Shown: positions 13,092 to 26,849, counted from the first letter of the whole stretch. The stretch: DNA of 63,901 bases, filler included, from Chiloscyllium plagiosum (GCF_004010195.1; 5 parts of 2 records of this genome joined end to end with filler, not necessarily neighbours in it), one strand, 5' to 3'. Notes: generated from the sequence alone by a model not told the origin. Numbers and translations are program-made.

Positions 13092-15051
13092 TGTACCTAC
13101 TAGAGAAGGTGCAAAACTTGACCCACTCTTGGGAAATAAGGCAGGGCAGGTGACTGAGGTGTCAGTGAGGGAGCACTTTGGGACCAGAGACCATAATTCT
13201 ATTAGATTTAAATTAATGATGGAAAAGGATAGACCAGATCTAAAAGATGAAGTTCTAAATTGAAGAAAGGCCAATTTTGACAGTATTAAGCAAGAACTTT
13301 CAAAAGCTGATTAGGGGCAGATGTTCGCAGGTAAAGGGATAGCTGGAAAATGGGAAGCCTTCAGAAATGAGATAACGGGAATCCAGATAGATTATAGTCC
13401 TGTTAGGGTGAAAGGAAAGGCTGGTGGGTATAGGGAATGTTGGATGACTAAAGAAATTGAGGGTTTGGGAAAGAAAAAGCAGGAAGTATATGTCAGGTAT
13501 AGACAGGAAAGATCGCCTGTATCCTTAGAGTATAAAGGCAGTAGGAGTATACTTAAGAGAGAAATTAGGAAGGCAAAAAGGGAACATGAGATAGCTTTGG
13601 CAAATAGAATTAAGGAGAATCCAAAGTGTTTTTTCAAATATATTAAGGACAAAAGAGTAACGAAGGAGAGAATAGGGCCCCTCAAAGATCAGCAAGGCGG
13701 CCTTTGTGTGGAGCCACAGGAGATGGGGGACATACTAAACGAGTGCTTTGCATCAGTATTTACTGTGGAAAAGGACATAGAGATATAGAATGTAGGAAAT
13801 AGATAGTGACATCTTGCAAAACATTCATATTACAGAGGAGGAAGTGCTGGATGTCATGAAACGCATAAAAGTGGATAAATCCCCAGGACCTGATCAGATG
13901 CACCCTAAAACTCTGTGGGAAGCTAGGGAAGTGATTGCTGGGCCTCTTACTGAGATATTTGTATCATTGATAGTCACAGGCGAGGTGCCGGAAGACTGGA
14001 AGTTGGCTCACGTGGTGTCACTGTTTAAGAAATGTGGTAAGGACAAGCCAGGGAACTATAGACCAGTGAGCCTGATGTCGGCGGTGGGCAAGTGGTTGGA
14101 GGGAATCCTGAGGGACAGGATGTACATGTATTTGGAAAGGCAAGGACTGATTCGGGATAGTCAACTCGGCTTTGTGCGTGGGAAATCATATCTCACAAAC
14201 TCGATTGAGTTTTTTGAAGTAACAAAGATGATTGATGAGGGCAGAGTGACAGATGTGATCTATATGGACTTCAGTCAGGCGTTCGACAAGGTTCCCCATG
14301 GGAGACTGATTAGCAAGGTTAGATCTCATGGAATACAGGGAGAACCTGCCATTTAGATACAGAACTGGCTCAAAGGTAGAACACAGAGGGTGGTGATGGA
14401 GGGTTGTTTATCAGACCGGAGGTGTGTGATCAGTGGAGTGCCACAAGGATCCATGATGGGTTCACTATTTTTCGTCATTTATATAAATGATTTGGATATG
14501 AGCATAAGAGGTATAGTTCGTAAATTTGCAGATTACATTAAATTTGGAGGTGTAGTGAACAGCGAAGAGGGTTACCTCAGATTACAACAGCATCTTGATC
14601 AGATGGGCCAATGGGCTGAGAAGTGGTAGATGGAGTTTAATTTAGATAAATGCAAGGTGCTACATTTTGGGAAAGTAAAGCTTAGCAGGACTTATACACA
14701 TAATGGTAAGGTCCTAGGGAGTTTTGCTGAACAAAGAGACCTTGGAGTGCAGGTTCATAGCTCCTTGAAAGTGGAGTCGCAGGTAGATGGGATGGTGAAG
14801 AAGGCATTTGGTATGCTTTCCTTTATTGGACGGAATATTGAGTACAGGAGTTGGGAGGTCATGTTGCGGCTGTACAGGACATTGGTTAGGCCGCTGGTGG
14901 AACAGTGCGTGCAATTCTAGTCTCCTTCCTATCGGAAAGATGTTGTGAAACTTGAAAGGGTTCAGAAAAGATTTACAGGGATGTTGCCAGGGTTGGAGGA
15001 TTTGAGCTATAGGGAGAGGTTGAATAGGCTAGGGCTGTTTTCCCTGGAGTG
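13092..15051 (+). mobile_element. Relatively young CR1-type LINE ORF2 (APE end, linker, RT), disrupted and truncated by a gap
   Basis: ORFs 13321-14920: KSPGPD, NYRPVSL, DVIYMDFSQAFDKVPH, SGVPQGS, KFADY. Confidence 0.92.
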
Positions 15052-15151
15052 NNNNNNNNNNNNNNNNNNNNNNNNNNNNNNNNNNNNNNNNNNNNTTAAT
15101 TAATTAANNNNNNNNNNNNNNNNNNNNNNNNNNNNNNNNNNNNNNNNNNNN
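15052..15151. other. Artificial contig linker N44-TTAATTAATTAA-N44
   Basis: Exactly 100 nt with a six-frame stop spacer; the same construct occurs at 45739-45838, 58004-58103 and 61292-61391. Confidence 0.97.
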
Positions 15152-15770
15152 ATCGTTGCTTCCTAAGTGTTCCCTTACTTTAAGATTTTTTATAAAGTCT
15201 GGTTCATTACATAGCATTAGATCCAGAATAGCCTGCTCCTTGTGGGCTCCATGTCAAGCTGTTCCAAAAAGCCATCCTGTAAGCATTCCATGAATTCCCT
15301 TTCTTTGGATCCACTTGCAACATTATTTACCCAGTCCACCTGCATATTGAAGTCTCCCATGATCACTGTGACCTTGCCTTTCTGACATGCCTTTTCTATT
15401 TCCCGGTACATGTTGTGCCTCTGGTCCTGACCACTGTTAGGAGGTCTGTACATAACTCCCACTATGGTTTTTTTTGCCTTTGTGGTTCCTCAATTCCACC
15501 CACACAGACTCCACATCATCCGACCCTATGTCATTCAGTGCCATAGATTTAATTTTGTTCTTAACTAACAAGGCCACCCCGCCCCCTCTGCCCACCTCCT
15601 TGTCTTTTCGATAAGTTGTAAACCCTTGGATGTTTAACTGCCAGTCCTGAACCCCCTGCAACTATGTCTCTGTGATCCCTACCACATCATAATCATTCAC
15701 GATGATCTGTGCCGGTAGTTCATCTACTTTGTTACGAATGCTACGAGCATTCAGGTAAAGTGCCTTAATG
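15152..15770 (-). mobile_element. CR1-type LINE ORF2 N-terminal APE endonuclease
   Basis: Minus ORFs RKDKEVGRGGGVALLVK, ESVWVEL, GVMYRPPNS, IMGDFN. Confidence 0.88.
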
Positions 15771-15908
15771 CTGCCTCTATTCCTGATGAAGGGTTTTTGC
15801 CCAAAATGTCAACTTTCCTGCTCCTCGATGCTGCCTGGCCTGCTGTGCTTTTCCAGCACCACTCTAATCTAGACTCTGGTTTCCAGCATCTGCAGTCCCT
15901 GTTTTTAC
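15771..15908 (+). mobile_element. Solo Penelope pLTR with tail and degenerate hammerhead
   Basis: CTGATGAAGGGTTTTTGCCCAAAATGTC at 15783, then ..CCAGCATCTGCAGTC tail. Confidence 0.7.
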
Positions 15909-16269
15909 ACACAGTCAGGAAAAAGCCCAGGATATACTTTCTGTAATATCTCAGTTGCCTGATGTTCCACTGGCTTTTCAACCGCTGTAGGCAGCACTCC
16001 CATCTGTGATCTAGCTGTACCTTACCAAGAACAAATTGTATTCCTGCAATCGAGAGTTTCTACAGTACTCCGACCACACTTCTCCACTTTTCACTGGACA
16101 TTCCTACCTCATGTCTCACCATGAATCCCACATATTAACACTTTTTCTGGCAATACTCCTTCTGAATTACATACCTGCTCATCTCTCACCATCAACGATC
16201 AACATGGTCCTGTACCTCTTAAAATTCTAACTTCCTTACCCTCTCCTGCTGACATACAGTCATAGAGAC

Positions 16270-16821
16270 TTACAGACGTGTTGTCCCAGTCGAAGTGGTG
16301 TCCTTCCTCATCTGTATATAAAGATACTTAGTGAGAGAGGGTCATGTTTTTTTGTGGCTAGTTGATGTTCATGTATCCTGGTGGCTAGTTTTCTGTCTGT
16401 TTGTCCAATGTAGTTATTAAATACCTTGGAAGAACTGTAATCTGAGTTCATCCCTTGTGGTTGGAGGGTTCCTAGGCGGAAGATGAGGCGCTCTGCCTCC
16501 AACCATCGTGTTGCTATGGTCTGGCAATCGAGGAGTCCAAGGACCTGCATGTCCTTGGTGGAGTGGGAGGGGGAGTTGAAGTGTTGAGCCCCGGGGTGGT
16601 TGGGTTGGTTGGTCCAGGTGTCCCAGAGGTGTTCTCTGAAACGTTCCGCAAGTAGGCGGCCTGTCTCCCCAATATAGAGGAGGCCACATCGGGTGCAGCG
16701 GATGCAATAAATGATGTGTGTGGACGTGGAGGTGAATTTGTGGCGGATATGGAAGTTTCCTTTGGGGCCTTGGAGGGAAGTGAGGGGGGAGGTGTGGGCA
16801 CAAGTCTTGCATCTCCTGCGG
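16270..16821 (-). mobile_element. Penelope GIY-YIG fragments from two families, abutting
   Basis: CKTC..IIYCIRCTRCGLLYIGETGRLLAERFREH (16430-16821) fused to YIGQTDRKLATRIHEH (16300-16415). Confidence 0.85.
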
Positions 16822-17013
16822 NNNNNNNNNNNNNNNNNNNNNNNNNNNNNNNNNNNNNNNNNNNNNNNNNNNNNNNNNNNNNNNNNNNNNNNNNNNNNNN
16901 NNNNNNNNNNNNNNNNNNNNNNNNNNNNNNNNNNNNNNNNNNNNNNNNNNNNNNNNNNNNNNNNNNNNNNNNNNNNNNNNNNNNNNNNNNNNNNNNNNNN
17001 NNNNNNNNNNNNN

Positions 17014-17290
17014 TCTTCCTGACCTCTCCGCCCCCACCCCACTCCGGCCTATCACCCTCACCTTGACCTCCCTCCACCTATCGCAATTCCAACGCCCCTC
17101 CCCCAAGTCCCTCCTCCCTACCTTTTATCTTAGCCTGCTGGACACACTTTCCTCATTCCTGAAGAAGGGCTTATGCCCGAAACGTTGATTCTCCTGTTCC
17201 TTGGATGCTGCCTGACCTGCTGCGTTTTTCCAGCAACACATTTACAGCTCTGGTCCCCAGCATCTGCAGTCCTCACTTTCTCCTCGAAGA
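17014..17290 (+). mobile_element. Penelope pLTR with intact hammerhead core, inverted relative to the adjacent GIY-YIG fragment
   Basis: CTGAAGA-AGGGC TTAT GCCC-GAAAC at 17159-17183; near-identical to 58104-58295. Confidence 0.8.
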
Positions 17291-17914
17291 TTTTTCCCTA
17301 CTGAACTTATATAAAATCTCTTTCTAAAATTGACTAGGTATACTACTAAAATAGATGAACTTTAGTACTGTGGAGTATCATTTAAGAATTCCATATTAGA
17401 AGAAGGAATAATAAGGGAAAATGTGGTTCCTGCAGATGAGAAGACATTAAATCTTGAGAGCATTTTTGAATAAAAATGCATTGTTGTTCAGAATGAATAA
17501 AGGTGGAGAAGGTTCAATACTGAAGGATATAAATTAACAGACAATAAGTGACTAAACTATTAAAGTACACACCAATTCATTTATAGAAAATATAATCAAA
17601 TAGTACCATGACTTTCCTTTCTGATAATGAAATACCATCCCCTCATGATATAATCAGGAGCTTATATAATGTATAATAGCGTACCGAAATGTGTGGTCTG
17701 TTTTATTCTCTTTCTTAGTATGTTCTGTCACTTGTCTCAACAGCAGATGGCAGCATTTACCAAAAAAAGCACAATTAATCACTGCCGTACACAATTGAAG
17801 GAAAATATTAATGCCACAGTTTAGCTATTCAATAGGGCCCAAATGCTTGAATTGAAAAGTGAAATGATCCAAAAGCTTGTGCTTTTAAAAATGAAATTAG
17901 AAATTAATGTCAAT

Positions 17915-18300
17915 GGAGCGTAGGAGATTGAGGGGTGACCTAATTGAGGTTTATAAAATCATGAGGGACATAGATAAGGTGATTGACAACTGCCTTTACG
18001 CTAGGTGGGGACTTCAAAACCGGGGCATACTTTTAAGCTAAGAGGACAAAGATTTAAAAAAGAACATGGACAACTTTTTTACACAGTGGTTTATGTGTGG
18101 AATGAATTCTCAGAAAAAGTGGATGCAGGTACACTTACAATGTTTAAAAGACGTTTGAATAATTTCAATGAATAGGAAAGATTTGGAGAGATGTGGGCTA
18201 AGCACAGGCATCTGAACTAATTTAGTTTGGGAACATGGTCAGCGTGGACTGGTTGGATTGAAGGATCTGATTCCATGATGTATGAGTTTATGACTCTATG
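17915..18300 (+). mobile_element. CR1-type LINE 3' end
   Basis: RRLRGDLIEVYKIMRDID motif plus 3' UTR. Confidence 0.75.
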
Positions 18301-18589
18301 TCACATATTATTTGTGGGGAGAACAGGAGAGTTAACATTTCAGGAAGATCATTTGCCAAAACTAAAGGCTATTAAGACATTTAAACCAGAAAGCAAAAGG
18401 GGATGGGAGAGAGGAAAATGTAGACATATACCACAAAAATGGTATAATTTGTGAAGTGCTTACATGGAAAACAGGAGATGATTAACTGGAAAAAATGACA
18501 TTAGCATGAGCTAACAAGGAGCATAATGAATAAAATCAAGAAAACATTGAATATATGTTAGCATCTAAGGAGACTGAACGATGTAGGTA

Positions 18590-20440
18590 GCAGTCACAAA
18601 AACAAATAGAAGAAGGAGAAAACCATACACCCAGCTCGCCTGCTTTGTAATTCGATATGATCATGTCTGCTTTTGGGCTTCAACTTTACTTTCTCCATGT
18701 CCAGTGGTGACCTGAGAAACCAAACATGTGTTGAATAATTTGCATCCACAACTTTCAACAGAGAATTCCTAAGATTCACACCCTCTTAAATGAGGATGTT
18801 TCTCCTCATCTCGGTTATAAATCCCTTGGCCTGAAACTGTTACTATACATTTCCCAGCTAGGAGAGGTATCTCAGTATCTATCCTATCATGCCCCTTCAC
18901 AATCTTGAATGTTTCAATGAGATCATCTTATTCTTCTAAATTGTAGAGAAGACAGACTCAATTTACTCAAAGTCTCATTTTAGGTTGATATTGTCCTAGG
19001 GACTTCTCCAGTTCACTGTACCTCCCCATTAGAAGCATATCCTTCCATAAATCTGGAGCCTGAAATTGCACACAGTATTCCAGTTGAGGTCTCACTAAAG
19101 CTCCACACATTTAAAGCAATATCTCCTTAATTCCTATTCTGGCAGTTAAGAACTACATGCCATGTGCTCTGCTAACTGCTCACTGTACCTTTTCGTTAAC
19201 TTTTTGTGTTCCTTGTATAAGTACACCCATGTCTCTCTCAACATCAACAGTTAAGAATTTCCAAAGAAGTGTTGCTTTGCACTCAAAACACTACTTCTGT
19301 TTCTCTCTTCACTGCCAAGCCTGCTGAGTTTCTCCTGCACTTTGTTATTACAAATTTCAAGCCTTTTAAAAAAGTATTCTGCTTTTTAATTCCTAAAAGT
19401 AAAGCAATAATCTTGCAATCCCCACATTATGCTCCATCTCGTACCTTGTTTCTGATATACCTAATCTATCTACATATCCTTACGGCCTGTTTGTGTTGTT
19501 CTCATAGTTTGTATTCTCACTTAGCTTTGTACCATCAACATACTTTGCTCTGTCTCAAAGTCGTTAATATAGATTGTTAATAGCTGATGGCCAGCACTGA
19601 TGCTTGTGGTCCTCCAGTAGTCACAGTCTGCCAAAACGCCCCACTTATTCCTGCTCCATGCTTACTGTCTTAATCAATCCTCTACCCATACTAATACTTA
19701 ACCTCAATCCATTAGCTTCTATCATTTGTAATAACGTTTTGGTATCTTATCAAATACTTCTTTGAAATCCAAGTATATTAGTTTATCTACCTAACTAGTT
19801 ACATCTTGAAAGATAAATTTGTAAAACATGATTTTCCATTTGTAAAATCATGTTGACTTGTTCTAATCATAGTATGTTTTCCTAAGTGCCTTGATGAAAC
19901 TTCTTGAATAATATATTCTGGAACTTTGCTGATGTGCAGCTTCTTGTTCTCTATTTCCTGTCTTTCTCTTGAGCTACATTTGTTAATTTCCAATCTGCTC
20001 AGACTTTTCCAGAATCTGTGGAACTTTGGAAAATTATGCACTTCTGCTATCATTCCAGCTTACTCTTTTAGAACTGTAGGCTTTAGGCCATTAGCCTCGG
20101 TATTTGTCTGATTTTAGTCCCTTGAGTTGTTTTTAGCACTTTCTCTTTATTGATATCAATTACCTTAATTCCTGCTCTTTCATCAGCCCATAAGTTACTC
20201 TCTATTTCTAATCTGTAAATTATGACTTCACCTACAAAAACAGACACAAAATGTTTGTTCAGTGTCTTTATTATTGTCCTCATGATAATTTCTTGTCTCT
20301 GCTTCAAAGTGATGAACATTCACTTTAGCTATGCATTTCCTTTTGCAAAATCTCTTAGTGCGCTTTTGCATTTCTGGCTAGTTTACCTCATGTTGTATTT
20401 TTTCCCCTATCAACTTTTTGGTGTCCCTTTGCTGTCCTAA
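18590..20440 (-). mobile_element. Old CR1-type LINE ORF2 fragments
   Basis: Minus ORFs TSQHDFTNGKSCFTNL and LNKHFVSVF. Confidence 0.6.
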
Positions 20441-20529
20441 ATCCTCAAAATTATTATTATTATTATTCTATCCACAAATGGATTGTTCAATATTCATAAT
20501 TTTAGTATCTGTTTTGTTGCTGAATAACA

Positions 20530-22140
20530 ATTCTGCATTGACTTAACAGTGCACTGTTTATAAGTCCAAAATGGGTATAGGTGTTCAGTTCAAAAGTGTC
20601 ATGTCTCCAATTGGTTGATATTCTGTTGTTGAGTTAGGTGATCTGCCCCCAGTGCAAGCACAGTGTTTTCAAAGGTGTTCCTTTTCGTCTGTTGCCTTCA
20701 TCATTGTGATGTGGATGCTGTGGTTGGCAACCAGAGTTAGATCTCAGGCTGTGGTAGGCCTACAACACTGGAACTATGGTATCCAAGTAAAGTATTTAGG
20801 ATGTTCAGGGTGAGTTTTTGTAGCGAAACTTGAATGGGTGAAGTGAAAGGATGTTTGCACCTTCACTGATATCAAGATTTGCATATACATTATCTCGATC
20901 CTTCATTTGTGTGCATGTAATCTAGACGGCTACGGGTTTTGTGGCACTGTGGTAGTGGACTCTGGGTTAGAGGGTCCAGGTTCATGTCCTAACTGCCACA
21001 ATGGTGTATCACCACAGCTCCAGTAGGTTTGATTAAAAATATTTTTTTTAATCTGGTTGGTGGGAAAGGCTTCTGTTCATTATCACTTTATGTATATGTT
21101 CTTTGATGTTCAGGTGTGCCGATTATCCGCACACTGTAAATGTTGAAGTTCTGGTCATTCCAGTAATATCTGGGGTAACTAGACATTTTATGGATCCTGT
21201 CATGATGTTGTTTGATATGTGCTCTTGGTTACTTGGATTGCTGTACCTGGCTGGCTTTTTGATGAGGCTTCTTATGATGTTGAACCACTTATTCTGGTCT
21301 TTGCTTTCAGCATTGGGATTTTCAGTGTCTTCCTGTGGTGCAAACCTTGCATATTATTTTAAAAGCTGTGCATTTTTTGCATGTATGTATGAGGCTGCCT
21401 GCTGTGCTTACCAGGGTCGCCTATATTGGCTATTATGCTACTACTAGACAGATTACATATAGCCTCTGAACTCTATCTATTAGGATGGCTTCATGTTTAC
21501 GTTTATTTTGCAGTATTCTTCCATGGTGTAGCTTTTGAATTGATTGGACATGTCTTGCTTGAACACTTCATTGCGGTAGGTACTATTGTGAACTCGATTA
21601 TTCTGTCAGCTAGCTTAGCTGCAGTGAACCCACCATGATGCCCCTTTATCTCTTTGCATCTGTTTATGAATAGATAAATGGTCTCTGTTTGCTGTTGTCT
21701 GAAAGACAAGAATCCTCGACTATATATTCTGAAATTGAGCTTCTCTCATAATTTGATTGTTTTATCTGGATATTTCAAATGCTTGTTAGACAGACCAGAT
21801 GTGTTCAGTCTGTGGAAACCTTCATTGCCTCCAGCTAAGACTATTTTAATGGTTTGTGAAATATTGCAATCCAGTAAACACAATTTGGCATGTTATAACA
21901 AAACAAATTCAGATGAGAAATCTGACTGTTGAAATTTGTTTTTGTCATTTTGCAGCATCTGAATCTTTTAACAGCTTTTCAAGTTTCTTCCAGTTCACTT
22001 AGGGTTATCTTGGCTCTGACTTGTAATACTTTTAGTAGCCACCACCTTAGCTGATCAGAGGTTGTTGCTAGTCCACTGGTGATACAATGGAGTTCTTTCT
22101 GCTTTTTCCCAGTTTCTGCAACTACGCATATCTCAAACCA
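20530..22140 (-). mobile_element. Decayed Gypsy LTR-retrotransposon gag/protease, interrupted by a SINE at ~20935-21040
   Basis: Gag-like FRQQQTETIYLFINRCKE..LADRII (ORF 21503-21709); aspartic-protease-like LDISEGANIL near 20845-20880. Confidence 0.55.
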
Positions 22141-22309
22141 CCTCCAATCCATAGTTTGGGATGGACTGGTTAGACTGAAGGGTCTGTTTCTGTACTGTAT
22201 GACTGAGTGATTTTGGTAGATAAATGGCTGCAAACTTAATTACAAACAGTGGAAGTACTTGTTTACAGTCTTATTCCTAAGGGCATAATAAAACAAATGC
22301 TAATATGCT

Positions 22310-23460
22310 ATGAGGTGACCAACTCTAGAAGCAGACCTTTCAAGCTTTCATGTCTGCTCCACCATTCAATGATATCATGGCTGATCAGATAATCCTTAAA
22401 TCCACTTTCTTGCCTTTTCCCCATAACGCTGGATTCCCTTACTGAATAAAAATGTCTCAGCCTTGAATATACTTGATGACACAGCCTCTACAGCAGTAAA
22501 GAAATTCCACAGATTCACTTCCTTCTGCGAGATGAAATTTCTCTTCATGTCAGTCTTACATGTGCAAGCCCTTACTATGAGGTTGTGCTCTCTGGGCCTA
22601 GATCCTCCCACAAAGGGAAACAAACTTTCTGCACCTATCCTGTCAAGGCCACCATGAATCTCATATGGATCAATAAGATCACCTCTTGTTTTCTAAACTC
22701 CAATGAGTACAGGCCCAACCAACTCAATTTCTCCTCATAGTCCCACCACTCCTTTTGAAATAGGACCAACATTCCATTTGCCCACTGTATTACCTGCTGA
22801 ATTTATATACTTTGTAATTTATGCACAACGATTCCAAAATCGTTGAAAAAGATTGAGGTGACTTTATTAAGGTGTTCAGAATTATGAACAATTTTGACAG
22901 GGTAAAGAAGGATATTCTGTTTCTACCAGTTGGTATATTGGGGTCACTATTTCAAAGATGATCAGCAAGAGAGCTCGGAGTGAAATGAGGATATACTTCT
23001 TGCTGGGAAACTGATGCAGCCTGATGCTGTAGGATGTTTCAAATGAAAGTGGGATATATATTTGAAAGTGATGAATTCAAAGGGCTACAAGATAGAGCTG
23101 GAGAATGGGAGTAGCTCTTTTGGGAGCTGGTACAACCATGATAGACTAAATGACCACCTCCTACATTATAAAATTCAATGATTCTGCTTATCTAAATCCA
23201 GTCCTGTGAATAAGCTATGAATTTGGTTCATGTAACTCACTTGCATGAGCAAATTCAGATTGAATAGAGGGTGATGTGCCAAGAATGTACTGTCAGAGGG
23301 TGACAGAAGCAGATACAATAACATTGAAGTAGTATCTTGACAGATCCATGAATAGAAAGGGAATAGTACCAGGCCGAAACAAACGGTCTTCAGTTTAGAA
23401 AGGTGTCATGGGTCGGCACAGGCTTGATGTGCTGAAGGATCTGTTTTTGTGGCTGTTCTT
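22310..23460. mobile_element. Cluster of CR1-type 3' fragments in both orientations
   Basis: Minus ORF 22396-22623 (RNFISQKEVNLWN..KGIQRYG); plus-strand LRGDFIKVFRIM-like remnant near 22850. Confidence 0.6.
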
Positions 23461-24369
23461 TGAATTTGTACTTAACCCACCAATCTCCAATTACAATATT
23501 CCTGAATAACTTAATTAATCCTTTTCAAATCATCTGGCAATCAAAAGCACAAATTTGTAGTTCTTCAACGTAAGCAGCACAAATGTTGTATACAAGGTCA
23601 CCTACTATAAAAATGTTAAAAACAGCTCAGGGGTAATTGCAGTAAATTAGCATTAACTGTATTGCTGATTATCATACATTAAGATTACTATCTAAAATGA
23701 TAAATTAATAAGATTACTTATAAACAAATACTGAAGTAACCTCCTTAAAAAGTTGTAATGTGAACTATATTAGGTAGCCAGTCTTTGCACCTTTGTGGTT
23801 AGCATGCTTTCTTGTCCCTTCAAACTGCACAAAATTCTTCTGGATTAGTAGTGATAGCTTCTGGGATTTTAATTGACAAACATACTTTTGGAACAGAAAT
23901 ATTCATTCTTGTAGTGTCTGCTTCAGGCTAATTCCATTATAGATTGGGATACATATTAACGAGGATAATAGTTAATTTCTTGACTGGTAAATATTCTAGG
24001 ATAGCTTTTACAATAATATGACTACCACCTGGTTTGTTCTAGGACATATTAGGATGAGTGATAATTAATTAACTGGATTTTCTCTCATTTGAGAAAAGAT
24101 ATAATTATTTTAGAAACAGTTCAGAGAAGGTTAACTTGATTCATTTCTACATGAAGGCCTTGTTTGAGGAAAGATTCAACAGGTTATGCTTTTCTGCTTT
24201 GGAGTTTAAAAGAATGAGGTAATCTTATTGAAACAAAGATCTTGAGTTGACTGGATAGGTTGGATTGCCCTTTAAGAATAAGAAATCTCCCTTTTAAGAA
24301 AGAGGAGAATAAATTTAGATAATTAGTGTATGAAGTTCTGTTCTATAGAAAAAATAGTTAAGGATTATG

Positions 24370-24660
24370 TGCAGCACAGTGGCAAGCACTGCTGCCTCAC
24401 AGCACCTGAGACCTGGGTTCAATTCCCACCTCAGGCGACTGTGTGGAGTTTGCACGTTCTCCCAGTGTCTGTGTGGGTTTCCTCCGGGTGCTCTGGTTTC
24501 CTCCCACTGCCTAAAGATGTGCAGGTTAGGTGAATTGGCCATGCTAAATTGCCCATAGTGTCAGGTAAGGGGTAAATGTAGAGGAATGGGTGGGTTGCGC
24601 TTCGGTGGGTCGGTGTGGACTGGTTGGGCCGAAGGGCCTGTTTCCACACTAATGTAATCT
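24370..24660 (+). mobile_element. HE1-like / V-SINE (tRNA head, V domain, LINE-derived tail)
   Basis: Box B GGGTTCAATTCC, V-domain GGAGTTTGCACGTTCTCCC..GGGTTTCCTCCGGGTGCTC, tail GGGCCGAAGGGCCTGTTTCC. Confidence 0.85.
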
Positions 24661-26849
24661 AATTATGCAGTATAGACAGGAAAGTGGAGATGAGACCACA
24701 ATTAGATCAGTGATCATCTTATTGACTAATGGAACAGGCTCAGAGCCAAAAATGCATAAAATAACTCAGATTCTGGTATTTGGAAAAGAGAGAAGCAAAA
24801 AGAAAAAAAACACTACAATGTAGTTTAAAAGCACAAAGGAATACTTAAGGGATTGCAAAATCAATCAAAACATTTTCACAATTAGTTACAAAAAGAAGGG
24901 TGATCACACAATGCAGATCTCTATCTAATAAGTGACATGGTTAAATAAATGTTGAACAGGTCAAATTAGTTACTTTGTACCAGTATTTTCAGTTGAGGAA
25001 GAAATCAATACTGCAGTCAATCAAGAAAGCTGGTATTGAATCAGGGACAGGATCACACAAATTAAGCAAAATAAAGTTAGTGTAGAAAATAACACTGTTG
25101 AAGAGTGACAAAGATGCTGGATCAGATAACTTCCATTAGATGAAGAAGGGTCACGAGACCAGAAAGATTAACTTTGATTTCTCTGCAGATGCTGTCAGAC
25201 CTGCTGAGCTCTTCCAGCAATTCTGTTCTTGTTTACAGCATTCAGTTCTTTCAGTTTCCATTACCTCAAAATCATGTAATCAGTTTGTTACCAAAACTGG
25301 TGATTTGGAGTTTAGAAGTCACCAAAAACCCTACCTTTCAATCAGGAGGCTTGGATTTGGAAATACATAACACCATGTCTGAAAAATCAGATTAGAAAAT
25401 ATCTAAAATTGTGGCTACAAAGACTTCAAGAAGATAGGCAGCCCACTTGATTGGCACCCCACCTACTACATTGTGAAACACTCCTGGAAGAAGCTAGAGA
25501 CAATAGTATGTGCCATATTCAGAATGCACTTCCAGCAACTCACCATACTCCTTCCACAGCAATTTCCAAAGTCTTGATCTACACCACTTAATAGGAGGAA
25601 GGTGGTAGCTACATAGGAACTTCACCACCTTAGCTACCCTTATACAAGCCATGCACCATCCAGACTTGGAATTATATTACCATTCCTTCAGTGAGTCAAA
25701 ATCTTGGATCTTCCTTCCTGACTGTAGGCATACCTACACCAGCTAGACTGCAGCTGTTAGAGGGCAATTAGGGTTGCGGTAAAAATGCTGGCTTTGCTAG
25801 CAACCCCAGCATACCATGAAACAACAAAAATAAATGATAGCTCTTATCCACTAGATTCTCATGCTACTCATTGCAGCTTATCCACATTTACTAGCCACAG
25901 TCCCTGGTATCAGGATGCATATCTAACATCCGGATATACTTTATCCTCCAGGTTTGTGTGTGGCTTACAGGATTTGTAAGTCTTTCATTGCTTCCACATA
26001 CTTCCAGCTATTAGTTATGGCAAGCACATTATCCAAACAGTGCTGTAATGTTTGGCATTCTGCTCTGAGCAAGAGGTGGTGCACCTTAGAAGGGAATAAA
26101 CCTGTTAGGTACAAAAAAGGCTGAATTTTCTGAGTGCTACAGAGGAGATGACACTCAGCTCATGGGTTGGCTGCAATAATCATCCAGCATTGCTGAGAAC
26201 ATATGCTCCTCAGCTCCCAACTCACCTTTCTGTTCAAGGCTGTTGAGAGAGTTGATTAGACCATTTTCTTTCCAACTGTCAACTCCACTCTTCACAACTT
26301 TGATTTTTCTACCTTCAGGATCAATGGCAACCCAAAGGAGGAGAGAGAAAGAGCTACAACACAGTACAGAGGATGAGGTGCTGTCACTTGATCTGACAGT
26401 GGCAGCCACTGACTCAAATACTGGTATTGTATATAACTTGTATCCTAGTATGGTGTTGGCAGATGAGGATCTTTGTTAGGCAGAATAGAGATAATGATTT
26501 GAAAAAATGTCATTGATCTGGTATCTTGACATGATCCAGCTGTTTCTCATGACAGGTTGAAGTGGTTGGGACAGGAAGCAATTAAACTTGAAATTAAAAG
26601 GAATTTCCAGGTGAAGTCTCTTTCCCACCACATTTTTTCTAACCTACTGTTAGATATGCAAAGGAGAGAACACAACAGGAAGATTGTCATTTTCACAAGC
26701 TGAAGGCTTTCAGCAATTAGCTTAAAGAGCTACAATCATGACCCAGGTGTAAGGTGGTTTTGTAAATCACTTCATTACAATTATAACACATAAAAAAGGT
26801 TCTTAATTAGCAATTCTATGAAAAAGTTAAAATTTTAGTGGAGATAGAG

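Noticed and set aside
15096..15107. TTAATTAATTAA as a biological palindrome or piggyBac TTAA site
   Set aside because: Centred in exactly 100-nt N blocks four times; a synthetic spacer.
16308..17106. Long ORFs of 100-244 aa
   Set aside because: Length inflated by reading through N gaps; the real part is Penelope GIY-YIG.
21103..21932. Hydrophobic plus-strand ORFs as membrane proteins
   Set aside because: Antisense shadows of a decayed Gypsy gag.
24370..24440. tRNA gene
   Set aside because: A/B boxes belong to a SINE head; no complete cloverleaf.
26318..26424. Plus-strand exon-like segment (ATQRRREKELQHSTEDEVLSLDL)
   Set aside because: Donor is weak and the segment may be a dispersed repeat relic; not enough support to call.
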